Part shown: one piece after another, positions 13,564 through 25,079 of the stretch
Layout of the letters: each line of letters begins with the position of its first letter
Numbering within the stretch: position 1 is the stretch's first letter
Assembly (NCBI GenBank): GCA_036172245.1
Contig: JAYWIR010000158.1
Span: 1 to 54,352 of the forward strand
Length of the DNA stretch: 54,352 nt
Origin: Raillietiella orientalis
Lineage: Eukaryota
Direction of reading: 5' to 3'
The notes under the pieces: model-generated
Database searches by the model: none
The model's input: only the letters and a program-made list of their open reading frames with translations
Told to the model about the DNA's origin: nothing
Made by a program: the position numbers and the translations under genes

Positions 13564-13683
13564 GCTCAGGGTCATACCACGCTGAAAGCACCGTCTCTCG
13601 TTCGATAGGCGAACTGAAGCAGCATAGGGTCCGGTCAGTACTTGGATGGACGACCTCCTGGGAACCCCGGGTTTGGCCGCAAC
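13564..13683 (+). pseudogene. 5S rRNA copy, diverged, no oligo-T terminator
   Basis: ggtcataccacgctgaaagcacc...gtcagtacttggatggacgacctcctgggaaccccggg contains the 5S C box. Helix I pairs poorly. The downstream spacer (gcgcacatctccg) resembles that after the 33677 copy. Confidence 0.85.
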
Positions 13684-15549
13684 GCGCACATCTCCGAACA
13701 ACAAGTCCTATCTACGTCTGAAAGCCAAAGATGCGGATCTTCGCTGCAGTCTCGATCCACAACCCCTACGGCGTTCGTTTTCCTTTTCGCAAAACATCCT
13801 TCCCTTGCCGGGTGACTGATGAGAACGCCTGTGCCACTGCTCGTGCCATCTTCATGACCGCGAGGTAGTTCCTCCCAAGGAATCCGCTGCTTCCGCGTTG
13901 TCTTCGGGAGGTGGGGCCCCGCTCTTGGGCACTTGTGGGCGGCGGCACGAGAAGGCGCCGAACGGTGCCAAGGACGAACGGCGTGCCTGCTGCTCGTCTC
14001 CCGGACGACGCAGGCAGTGGGGCTGAACGGCGAGCGCTGCGGCCTTGCAGCGCGTCGAGAGGGGTCAACCCTGGGAGGTAGTAGATGTACCTCGCCCTTC
14101 GCAACCGCGGGAATCCGAAGGGATATATTTACGAAACTACAGAGGGCCACTTGCCCCTTTTTCTCCCACCGAAGCCAAGCTCCGCAGGGGTAGATGGCTT
14201 TATCGCTGTCTCCCAGTTCCCGCTTAGCTCGCGTCCGTGAACGACTCCATCGACCACAGGGTGGCCGCGCGAAAGAGGCGGAGGAAATTCTTCCCGTGTG
14301 GACCCGCACTTCCGTTCCTCCAGACCCAAACTCGCACGCGTGTCGACGTCTTCGCCAATCGCCTCGCCGAGCGCGCTGCACAAACCTCAGCTTCTCTCAC
14401 TCCTTCCTGCTAATCGCAACACGGAGGTCCGCGGACGTCTCAGCCGCCGGGGAGACTGCCGCGGCTTGCCGCATGCGCGACATGGACGCTGCTCGGGGCG
14501 CTGACGCAAACGGTTGTCCAGAGCGGAACGCCACGACCTCCTTCCTCGCAACGACGGTCGGAGGGCCGCACGCAGGATTCCTAGCGATGCGCAATGCAAG
14601 TTGTCCGAGGAGGATGCTGAGGGCACCGGAAGAATGGGGGAGCCTTCTCCCATTTTCCTTTCTTTCCATGCGTTTCCTTACCGACATCGCTGAAGCGGGC
14701 GCCTCTGGGCAGTCGGCTGCCTTAGGTGCTATGCCTTTCCGACTGCTTGGTCCCCGGTACGACCGTGCAGATCCCCTGGTTCCGTTCTTCTTGCACGGGC
14801 AGCTTTTGCAGACGGATGATTGCCCGGGAAATGCAGTGCCGAGCGCTTCCGAACAGGAGAGGTGAGGAAAAAGGTCTGCTTTTTCCTTCGTTTGCGGGCA
14901 GCAGCACACGCAGCAGTGGTCGAAACTTTCGAATGTGCCGCCAGCCGGCCACCGCACACGAGTGTACGTGCGCAGGAGGCATCTTTCGGACGCAAGCGCC
15001 CCTGCGGCACTTTCGTTTCTCTTTTCGCTCCTCCGTGCGGAGTCGCTGCAGGATCGCCCGGCGCGGACGACTGCGGAGAACTTGGCACGCCTGCAGGGGA
15101 GCTGCACGGGGGTTGGCCTTGTTGCCGTACACGATTCCCTCAGAAGAAGGTGGCAGCCCCTGGAAATTACTGCCTCTCGGAGAAAAGAAAAAGGGAACGA
15201 ACTGGCGGCCATCCGGCGCGCCTGCCGTCTCCCAGCTTGTCACCATCCAGGGGTGGGACAACGTGCAATGAAGGTGAGGTGGTGCAGGTTCGCCGTGGCG
15301 CCTCCGTGATATAGTGCACGCTAGCCGACCCACGTGCTGCGGGAGATGGCATCCCTTCCGGACCGAGAGGAGCTCTCGACCTCGCAGGGTACCTTTGGAG
15401 CTCGAGAAAGACTCGACGGACGTCCGAGGTCGTAAAGGGCGACCTCGCCGTTCCTTGTAGGCGCAGCCGGACAATCCGTTCCGCTTACGAAGCGGCGGGT
15501 GGCCTCAGGAAATTGAAACGTCGAGGCCCGAGGAGAAGAACAAAACATG

Positions 15550-15995
15550 AAGAGGAACGGACACCTAATAGCTGCGAGCCGGAAAGAGCGAATGGCACTG
15601 AGCAAGGACGACGGAATCGAAGAGAAGGATGCCTCCAGCCATAAATAAGATCCGACCCAGGAAGAGGTTCCTCAGATACCGTCGCTAGGCATTTTTGATG
15701 CAGCACAGTTGTGGAAAGTGTGACGTTCTTTCCTAAAATATTTCTGGCTCGGCACCATCTACGAGAAGTGAAAGGTCTCTTTGGAAATCCAGACCGAGAA
15801 CAGGAAATTGCGGGAGCCGCATTTTCTCCGGGGAAGGTGTTTGCTTCGGCGAAAGGATGAGTGCAGGGCGGGAGGCAGCCCCTGAAGACTCGCAGCTGCC
15901 TCTCTCGAAGCACAATCTCGCGAGTGGAAACGGAATTCGGCTTCTTCACTCCGGGTGTGCCGAGTCATTTACTTGAAAAGCGAATAAATAAGCGA
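15550..15995 (+). mobile_element. Possible decayed non-LTR 3' end
   Basis: CGKC followed by a frameshifted HHLREVKGL(W)K zinc-finger-like remnant, ending at AATAAA (~15983). Confidence 0.3.
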
Positions 15996-16749
15996 AATAC
16001 AATGAGGAAGGGTCCGACGTGTGCAGACCAGCAGTAGTCATCTAGCCGGAATGGAACCTTCAGCTGCCGAGGCAAGAAGTGGTCCATTCCGAGTTCGTAA
16101 GAACGCATTGGATGCAAGCGGGCATAGGACTAGCCAACGGCCATGTCGCATCCCAACCGTTACGCAAACTTATTGCTGTAGCGACTCCTCTGTCGTCATG
16201 AGTAACTTTGGTTGTGTGCCGGAATCCGGAGTTTCATGGCTGACCGGCTGCCAACCACTCGATCTTGAACGGTTTTGTTTTCGATCACTGAAATCTTCTC
16301 TTTTTCATTCTACCTCTCCGACTGTTAGACCTCGGATGATGAAATAGCATCCGAGAACTACGTATCGAGGAACCCCTTCTTGGAGTTTACAAAGGAAAGC
16401 CTCAGGCTGCATATTCCCTGCTCTTGACTTCAAAATGCCAGCCACCTTAACCATTGCTGTTGGGGACACAGGGAGGTCCGCAGACCTGTTAAAAGATTTG
16501 TGTGCTCCACATAGCCTGGGTGGACTGGACCTCCTTACGCTGGAGCACATGTAGCATCTGCTCGAATTTCGATGACTCGCTCTTGCGGCGGAGCTCTTGT
16601 GCATGACGCTGTAGTGCGCGCCAGCACGCCTCCTCGCCAAGTGAGCAACCGACCCTTCTAACCCGACTAACACGGGTCATAGTCAGCAGCCACCGAAGTG
16701 CGACCCAATGCCGATATCAGCTCTGACAGGTGGTGGTCTTGGCGAAAGA

Positions 16750-17780
16750 AAACGCATGAATCTCCTGACTTCCCGCGAACTGCACTCAGTGACTTCGGGA
16801 GTCCATTGGCACGTAAGGAAAGACGCACGGCACGAGTGAGGCGGAGTTCGCCTGTCCGCGGCGTGGCAGAAACGCTCGTCGATCGCTGCGGAAGAACGTG
16901 AGCAACGCCCACAAGATGCTGTGGGCTTCATTCACCTTCCTTGCCCCAGTGCTGCCCTCCATGTGGGAAGGAAGGGACAGTGACAATCCTGCAAAGTGCT
17001 GCATTGCATCCAAAAAAGAAACTTCTTGGTGCGTGGAAAACACGGGAGCTAACGGACGCTGCAATCTCGAGTGCCCCACTTAAAGAATTGCTGCGCTGGA
17101 GAAAGCTGCTCGCAATCCATCCGGAGGATGAAGTGGCTCCCTTCCCCTCAAATGGCAGGAGTTGGCGTTGCTGGTGCTGCATGGGAGAATTCCCTGGAAA
17201 GCACGCCTTCAGGACTGCATACGGCGGAGCGTGGATGCTAAGTACAACAGGTGCTGGAAGGTGGAGGAGACCTTCCCGCACTTGCTTTCAGACTTTTAGA
17301 TCCCTTTAGGGTCGCCTTGCGACGAAGGTCCGCGGAACTCCGGTGGACGCCACAGGGACGTCTTTAGACGACTGTTCGTGCGTTCCACACTGCCCCCAGC
17401 CGCGTATCTCGCAGCTCTCTGCTGTCTTCTCAGGGTCGTGGGGACCAGAAACGCAGGAAGAAGGCAACATGGAAGGGAGTCATCCTCTGGTCGGGAATCT
17501 CCTCGAAGAATGCTACGAGTGCTCTCCCTACATGGGCAACCTCAGGAGCAATCTTGCCAGCATCCGGGACTGGATACAGAGGACGCCTGCAAGCGTACCG
17601 TGATCCCTTCCTCGATTTCCCTATCCCCTTTGCGGAGAAAAGCTCGCTTCCTTTTTTTGCATATTTTGGATTTCGGTTTCTTCCTCCCATCGAGACCACA
17701 TTAAACCTTGCCAATCCGCGTACCTGTATTTGGTTGACAACCGGTTGCGTTGGAACGTTTATTCATAAAAAATAAACAAA
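16750..17780 (+). mobile_element. 3' fragment of non-LTR family B (homologous to 42545-44170)
   Basis: WKTRELTDAA...LLRWRKLLAI; PLKWQELALLVLHG; RCWKVEETFPHLL; PAAYLAALCC. These align with WTVGELTDAT..LTRWGELLGI; PLKWQESAQMLLHW; RCGERESLPHLI; PAAALAALCC of ORF 42794-43828. AATAAA at ~17770. Confidence 0.8.
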
Positions 17781-17814
17781 CATGCAGTCAGTGGCAGGAC
17801 AATAGGTCCTGTCG

Positions 17815-18600
17815 CCTTATAAATATACTAAGGAACGTTCTAAAAGGAACCTGCCGAGAACCAGCACGCAGGTCGGGGAGGTTCGCCTCGGCAGCAGATG
17901 GGCAGGGAATACAACAAAAACGAAAAATAAAACAAAAAATATGTACAAGCAATGGATCACCGGTAATGGATCACCGAATGTTGGAGGGGCGCTCTGCGTC
18001 CTTTGCAGGATGTCGGCAAGTTCCTCTTTCAAGGCTCCCAGATGCGCCATCTTGGCGTTATCCTCAATGAAAAGGACGGCAAAGTACCGGTATTTCAAAG
18101 ACTCGAGTGTTCCGCCTCTGAACTGTATTTTTGATCATTGTATTTTAATAAGAAATGCACCAGCAAAATCAGGCGAAAACCCCATCGCCCCTGAAGCAAA
18201 CAGACTGATGGTGTCACCCTGCTTCAGCACGCAACCGCTCTTCCAGAATTGCGAGGGTGACCCTTTGATTCGAAAGAAAATTGCGACCTGCACCCCCCGG
18301 CACCGGACCGCCTGTCGTCGGGGAAACCAGCACCGCCCCCAGCGCACCTTCAACCATCCTCATCGAGGACCGAAGCACCTGGCGTGAACTTCCCTGCAAA
18401 GCCCATAGGTAGGTAGTGTGGCACGTCTCTCCAGACACCGAATTGTGGCTCCGTGGACGAATAATAGCTTGACACAGAGTGTTCGTCGGGGATGGAGCGC
18501 GAGGATGCATAGAACGCAGTTCCACGAATAATCCCTAGGTCCACCTGAAGCGCACGTGCGGTATGCATCCCAAGAAGAATTCGTCAGGCAAAAGGGCCCA
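17815..18600 (-). mobile_element. 3' end of another family-B-like copy, tail-to-tail with the previous one
   Basis: 17815-18030 mirrors the 3' UTR layout of 42550-42790 (gg(a)acctgccg...cgcag, A-rich tract, tcctttgcaggatg; LADILQR vs LEGILQR). The upstream boundary is uncertain. Confidence 0.5.
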
Positions 18601-19145
18601 CAGACCCTTTCAATGGACGCCAACGCTCATTCGAGCTCGTGCCGGGATAGGGTACCGGTCTTTTAGCAAACCACCGACGGTTTTCGACGCAGGACGATCA
18701 GCGAGCGCTCAACGAGGAACCTGCACGGAAACTGCGAAATTGCCTCTTCAGTCAGGGAATCGCAAAGTGCGCATTCCAATACGCAAAAGGCGTTCTTCCC
18801 TTCTCGAGGACCGCAGCTGCACGTGGACGACGATCGCATCGAGTGCAGAGAAGCCACCGACACATGCAAGCACGACAACGAACGGAAGAAACGCCGAACA
18901 GGAAAAGGAAACCTGTTGAAGGACGTTCACAGGAGCCGCCATCCACGATCCTTTCCCATTTTGCCTGTCTTAACAGCTCGGATTACTCTCACAGTTCTTC
19001 AGAGAAGCCCATGTTTGCGCTGAAATATAGATAAGCGGACAGCACAAGTCAGAGTGACTTTATCAGCTCTATGTCGAACGAAGGAATATGTAACTGCAAA
19101 CTCCAGTCACCACGCAACTAGTCACGAGTCCTGGGAATGCACGGC

Positions 19146-19200
19146 ATCCACGACCATACGACGCTAAAAGCACCGACTCTCGTCACACTGGCGAATTCAA
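19146..19200 (+). pseudogene. 5' half of a 5S rRNA pseudogene
   Basis: cgaccatacgacgctaaaagcaccgactctcgtc...ggcgaattcaa aligns with the 5' half of the 13564 copy. Confidence 0.6.
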
Positions 19201-19414
19201 CGAAGACGAAGATGCCGATGAACAACCCCTCTCTGGACCCCCTCGACCTGTCGTTTGCAAAGGACTCTTAGATCGGGAGGAGACTGATGAGGACGTCTGC
19301 ATCACTGCTCATACCATCCTCATAACAGCAAAGCACTTTGCCCTTTGTGGGTTAAATGAATTTCCTGAATGCTCGCCCAGTTACGAACTCCTGATCGATC
19401 CGTAACACGCAGGC

Positions 19415-19530
19415 TCCGCACACCACACCACGCTAAAATCAATTCTCCTACGATCGGCGAACTTAATTACCGTCGGTTCAGCTGAGTGCTCGCATAGGCA
19501 ACCGTCTGGTAACCCCGAGTGCCCGCGACG
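19415..19530 (+). pseudogene. Full-length decayed 5S rRNA pseudogene
   Basis: ccacaccacgct...cgatcggcgaacttaa..cgtcgg...ggcaaccgtctggtaaccccgagtgcccgcgac is colinear with 33677-33794. Confidence 0.75.
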
Positions 19531-21999
19531 ACCACTTTGAACCAGAACCGGACAAGCGAGCAGAGAAGAAATGCAGCGCTAAAGAATACAGTACATCTCA
19601 GACCCAGTGCTTGTTGGCGATGCTGCACAGCCAGTGCTTCGGACTCGAGTTCGCCGTTACGGCGAGGGCAGCGGCCATTTTCCCACTTCGTTCCTTCTCC
19701 TTCAAGGCGCAACAGAATAGATCGCTACCACGGCTACGCGAACGCCAACGTGCCAACGGCATCGCTGCTCCAGATCGCATCCACCTGATCATGGACTACC
19801 TACACGGCTCTTCTTCCGTTCGGAATAAATTCCACGCACCAGCGGCTCCGCCAGTGCCGCCAACCGGTTGCTTGCAAGCAAATACCCGTCGGGGTGTGCA
19901 AACGCTGCAAACCTTGCATCGGCCGACACATGCGCTTTCTCACCGGTGAAAGAAGCGCTCTAGAAAAACGCAAGTGGTGCAGGAACTCTTCAGGATGCCG
20001 AGCGTCCTTCTGAGGCAATCAAAAGCCATCCACAACCGAAGAAAATCTGCCATATCGCATCTTGCCACTCTTTGCATTCGGCAGCAGCGCCACGCTTCCG
20101 AACCTACCTTGCTTCCACGGCAACGTCTTCGAGCGTTCGCAGGAGTTACCATGAAGGAACATGTGCATATTTGGTGCTCGATCGGGATCGCTCCTGGCAA
20201 AAGCTCCCATGGACCGCAGCCCAAGCTGGGCAAGGTCGAAAAGCCAAGGCAATCTGCGAGGATTGAACCTCATGCATACGCGCATTTCAGGCATGCAGCT
20301 AGCCATCCGAGCCGTGTGAGCGGCAGTGACAGAAAGACTCAGGGATTGTGATGGCCGCCACGGTGTTCGTTCATGCTGACACCTTGTTGGAAAGGCCGAT
20401 GAGGATGAGCAGCCAGCACACGACACGGTAAGAAACGAATCCCGGTAAAGATGACACGACTCCACGAAATCTCCGCAGCTCCGGCATCGACATTCGAAAC
20501 CCCATTTCGCGAGGACGAGCGTTCCTCTCCTGCCCCACGTCCCGACCCGCCTTTCGCTCCCGACCTCTGAGCCTGACTATACCTGAGCTTCTCGCCTTCC
20601 CTGAGCGAAACTCGGAACCATCTCCCGTTACGAGCACCCACCCAAGATTTCCATCCCGGAGGTCTGCAACATTCCCCCAGCCTCGCACAACTTCGGCAGC
20701 GACCACAGCTGCGTCACATCTCGTCTTCCGAACCCGGGGAGATCACAACGGATAAACTTCGCTGCCGTCTTCGATGAACTAAGCAGCGGTTTGCTCTCGA
20801 CAAGAGCAAATCCTCCCTTCCCTACCCCAAATTTCTATCGGCCGCTTGCCGTCCTCCAGAGATTCCGTATGCAGTTCTTTACCATCCTCGCAACGTTCCG
20901 ACGCAGCTCGTCCATGGCAGCAAGGCACCAAGAAGCCCAACGCTCGCTGCCCGGCCACACCGAGAGACGCACGCAACATACCCACGCCACGCACGTCGCA
21001 CTGCATTTCCTCCTGAAGATTGCCAGCTTCAGCAGGGAATGCAAGGCAACCACGCTCGACCCGGCACACGCGGACACGAAACTGCATTCCGCTCGCCTTA
21101 ACGAGAAGTCAGCAGTCACATGCCAACCCCAACAAGCGGTCTCGGGAACGTTCGCGAACGCGTCGGCGGATGACACGGATCTACTGGTCACAGTTCGCCT
21201 ACGATTCCGCGTTCCCAAGTCAGCAAGAGCACGCCGCACGAACACGTACATCTCCCTCCAATAAGTAAGGAAGCAAAACCTCCACACCATCTCGAAGCAG
21301 AGGGCCGCAGCGCACTCTCCCAAACCAACGTGTCCAAGAATACAAAGGGAACAGCGGAATCCGGAGAAACACCTGCGAGCAAGCACCATTCTCTCGCTCC
21401 CGAACGGCACATGTGCACCCTCTCATACTTCTCAACGTGCTCGTTGTGAAAGCAGCATACCTACCACTGCACATGTTGCCACCGTCCTGCAGACCAAAGC
21501 AACCAAAAACAAATTGCGCACCGTTCGCGCCATCGCAAAGCATCACGCAACTTGCAGCAAAAACCAGAGCCTGGCTTCCGCAGGTCGAAGGCGGTGACCC
21601 AAGACGAGTCAAAAGCTCCCCAAAGAAACCACAGCCTTTAACCTCTAGCAACTTTACTGCATAGAGGGGTGCTTTCCATCCGTCCCCTAGGAGCCAAGTG
21701 TTCAAGAGTGGAAATGGAAAGAATGCAGAAGACTCATGGCCGTGAACGGACAAAAACAGGAGATGGGTTCTCGTGCGACGCCACATATTCTTGGCAACCA
21801 CCATGCAACAGTTCACCACTCTGGGAGGTGAGATGTGATGCAAAACACGATTATAAAGCTTGGGTGCTCCGTTCCACACATCCGGATTGCATGCACTTAG
21901 AAGGACTCTGGAAGCGGACACCAATGCAGAAGCACTTTGCCTCCAGGAAGATCTGCAAAAAAAACGACGCCCCCATCACCAGGTTGCAGTAAAGGCAAT

Positions 22000-23957
22000 C
22001 GAACCCATTCCCATCCAACCTCATCCTCCTCATGTTGCAGCATCCACCAACTACACTCCCACAATCAAGATAGCACAACAAATGCCCTGGTCCACTCTAT
22101 GCTGGTGGACTGCTCTCCAAGCACACACTGTTGCTACTTTGAGAAGAGAAGCAGTCACAAGTGTTGAAATTCTCTACTTCATGCCCATTTGGCTCAATGT
22201 GCTTGCTTTCGACTTTTCTCTTTTCAAAAAATCCTGGCCACTGCCAACGACACCCACAATTTCCCAAGCAAAAAATTCCAAACACTGTGTCACAAATCAT
22301 CACAGGTTCAAGCAACTTTCTGGCAAACTAACTACATAAAACGGAAAGCATTTATTTCCAGAAATCATGCTGCTACGATTCTGCAAACACCAAGAGTTCT
22401 CATCCACTTTATTGTGCAGCAATTCATTTCACCCATCTTGTCAAACAGATGCACTGTGGCCCTGCTGCTCAAAACAAGCACACCATTTCAACGTCTACCT
22501 GACCTTTCAAGTTGTGAATTCTTCAACATCCGCATCATGCGTTTGTGTTCTCCATCACAAACACAAGTTACTCCAGTTTGGATACAAGCTGTAATCCATG
22601 CACTCAACACCAACACAGGAAAAACTACTTCCACAAATTTCATGCTAAACTACATCCAACAGTCCATTGGCATCGAAACTTTATACCACCAGTTACTTTC
22701 TCCACTTTCCTTATCCTATAGTCACAACAGCCACCAGATGCAACACTTCCTTTACCCCATTCCACAGTGAATGTGTAACTACCAACTTCCCTAATCTCCA
22801 CAGTATCCTGCAACAACAAAAAGTAGCACTGCAATTGGAAATGTCGCACTCCACAGCCAAACAAACGTCATGGATGCAAACTGTCATCAACCTTTGAGCC
22901 CCAAATCACCAATCCAGATAGCATGCAGGCAAATCCTACCAGGCACAGCATCACTAGGTCCAATTCCTGCAGGACTACACTCCACGCAATGAGCATCCAT
23001 GTTTCATCACATCAGAAGAATCCACAAATCCTTTCCATCACCAACTGAACATAACGGATGGGAAAACGAGCTGCTGCATGCAGAGAGGCAACGCAGTTTA
23101 CATCAACAGACATTCCAACAGCTCCTCATCTCGAGTAAGCATGGGAAGCCTAGTATTTTCCCATTCAGGTGGTTCAATGGTTAGACACCAGGAACGCACA
23201 AACATGCCCTTAGCACCTTCTGCAGGAAATCATTCCATCCTCACAGTTTCCATGTCACTCCAGCAGAAGATAAACAATACACTTGATGACAGACCACAGG
23301 AAAAAAAAAGAAACCGAATACCACCTTGAAATGCTACATGCCCCCATCATGCTAAAAAGGAAACTCTTGTTACAAGAGCAGCGGAACCAAAGAAGGCCAC
23401 ACTAGGCAGGCTTCACACCAGCATGCACTCAAACATTCCAGCCCAGGAACACACTCCCCACTCAAACCATTCCTCGACATTGCGTGTTCGTGGCAAACAA
23501 TGCAGTCTTTTCTTCATCATGCTGAAAAAAATCACATCCCTTACGTGAAGAAAATCCAACAACGTTGATTCTGATGCAACCACATCTTGGTTTCCAAGGC
23601 ATCCGTCAGCTTTAGTCCCTGCAAGACCATCTCAATTTGGATGCTTCAACACGGTTTCCTTACCTTATTTGCACAAAGAGGAAGCACCCATGCATTGTCC
23701 CACTCACATGGCCACTTTCATCAATCTTCGGATCCTCAACGGCGCAAAAACCAAACTCATTTCGGTCCTTTCATCAGCGATATATCGCAACGAGTTCAAC
23801 CGAAATTCCACGTGATTCACCATTTGCGGGATCCCACATCTTCGACGGTGAAAATCCCTCTTCCAAAGGTTCATCGCATCGAAATGCATCCCATGCTAAA
23901 AACAGAGGAGCATAAGTACCCACCACCAAGATAACACAACCACGCAAGAGCAATCAT
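22000..23957 (-). pseudogene. Heavily decayed HSP70-superfamily (HSP110/GRP170-like) pseudogene
   Basis: Degenerate motifs in the correct order across frameshifts: MIALAWLCYLGGGYLCSSV; MVLQGLKLT..LGNQDVVAS; EEKTALFA; KPASVAFFG; FLFSMMGACS; QKVLRA..LTIE..LTRDE; IRYVQLVGDG; GPSDAV..GFA; IREVGSYTFTVEW; FDANGLLDV; WMLQHEED. Each motif is weak; the colinearity is the evidence. Confidence 0.45.
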
Positions 23958-25079
23958 AGGCAGGGAAGGGTTGCAATTTCAGAATAACCATCAACAGCAG
24001 CGCTCTGACTGGGGCGGTATTCCTTCATCACAGTCAAACAGCTCGAATGAAAATCGAAATGGAAGCATAAATTCAAAGCACTCGCGAACTGCACCTTCCT
24101 TCATACTGCTGCAAGCCGACGGTCCACGCAACGAAACTTCAGGCTCACGGCGAATGGGACATCGAGGCGTGGCGACCACCGCGGGGGACGACGGACTTTC
24201 CTCACAAAACGTAGGAATTCTGCGTTCCAAATCAGCACACGTCCGCACAGCGTTTTCCCACCGATGAAACGTCCACCCAGTCGGCACACCACTCCGCCAC
24301 GACACATCTTCTTACTCTCCCGCTCGCCCGCCGTCACGCGCTTCGTCCCGTTGCTCGCGGCTAACCCACTGGCCACAGTCCAGCGGGATGGCCCACGTAT
24401 GGTCCTCGACCTCACCAACCTCCAACTGAACGCAAAAGAGCCGGCGCCATTTTGCGAACACGGCTGCAGCCGAAGAGGCCTCCCAGACGAATGTGCAGCA
24501 TTGAGGACGCGACCGTCAACCGCTTCTGCCCTTAAATTGCGGGAAACGCCTGAAAAGTGCACGCACGTTTGTCTCCAGGTACTGCAAGCACCACACTTCG
24601 GGACACCCCGTGAGCAGAAAGCAGCTCGGAGCTCTCCGCAAGCGCCATACGCAGAGACGAAGTTCCGTAAGCAGCAAGAAATGCAAGTCTTTGGCTCTTC
24701 CTCTCGAGGGACGCAAAGCGTGCGGATGCACTCCGTTTGGTGCCATCCACTGCAACACCATTCTGTGTGAATTGCTGGACGAAATCCAAGCCACAATTCG
24801 CACCCACGACGCGGCGTCAAGAAGGACTGATGGAAAACGTGGTTTTGGTGTGAACTCAAACTCCAATCTTTTGCAAAAGATGTCGGTTCCAGTTGGGACA
24901 AAGCTTTCCAGAGCCGTCAGCGAAAGGCCAGACTCGGACATCTCTTCTGATGTGTTCTCACATCGTCTGCATTTTCAGCAGATGAGCCGATGAGTTTGCC
25001 CAATAAACTTTAAAGACGGTTCGTGTTAAGCATTTATTTCCACAGCACTTTCTCCGTTCACAGTATCTGAACACCGTGA

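Noticed and set aside
21900..21960. ALCLQE resembling the APE LQET motif
   Set aside because: No other APE motifs nearby, and the opposite strand explains the region better.
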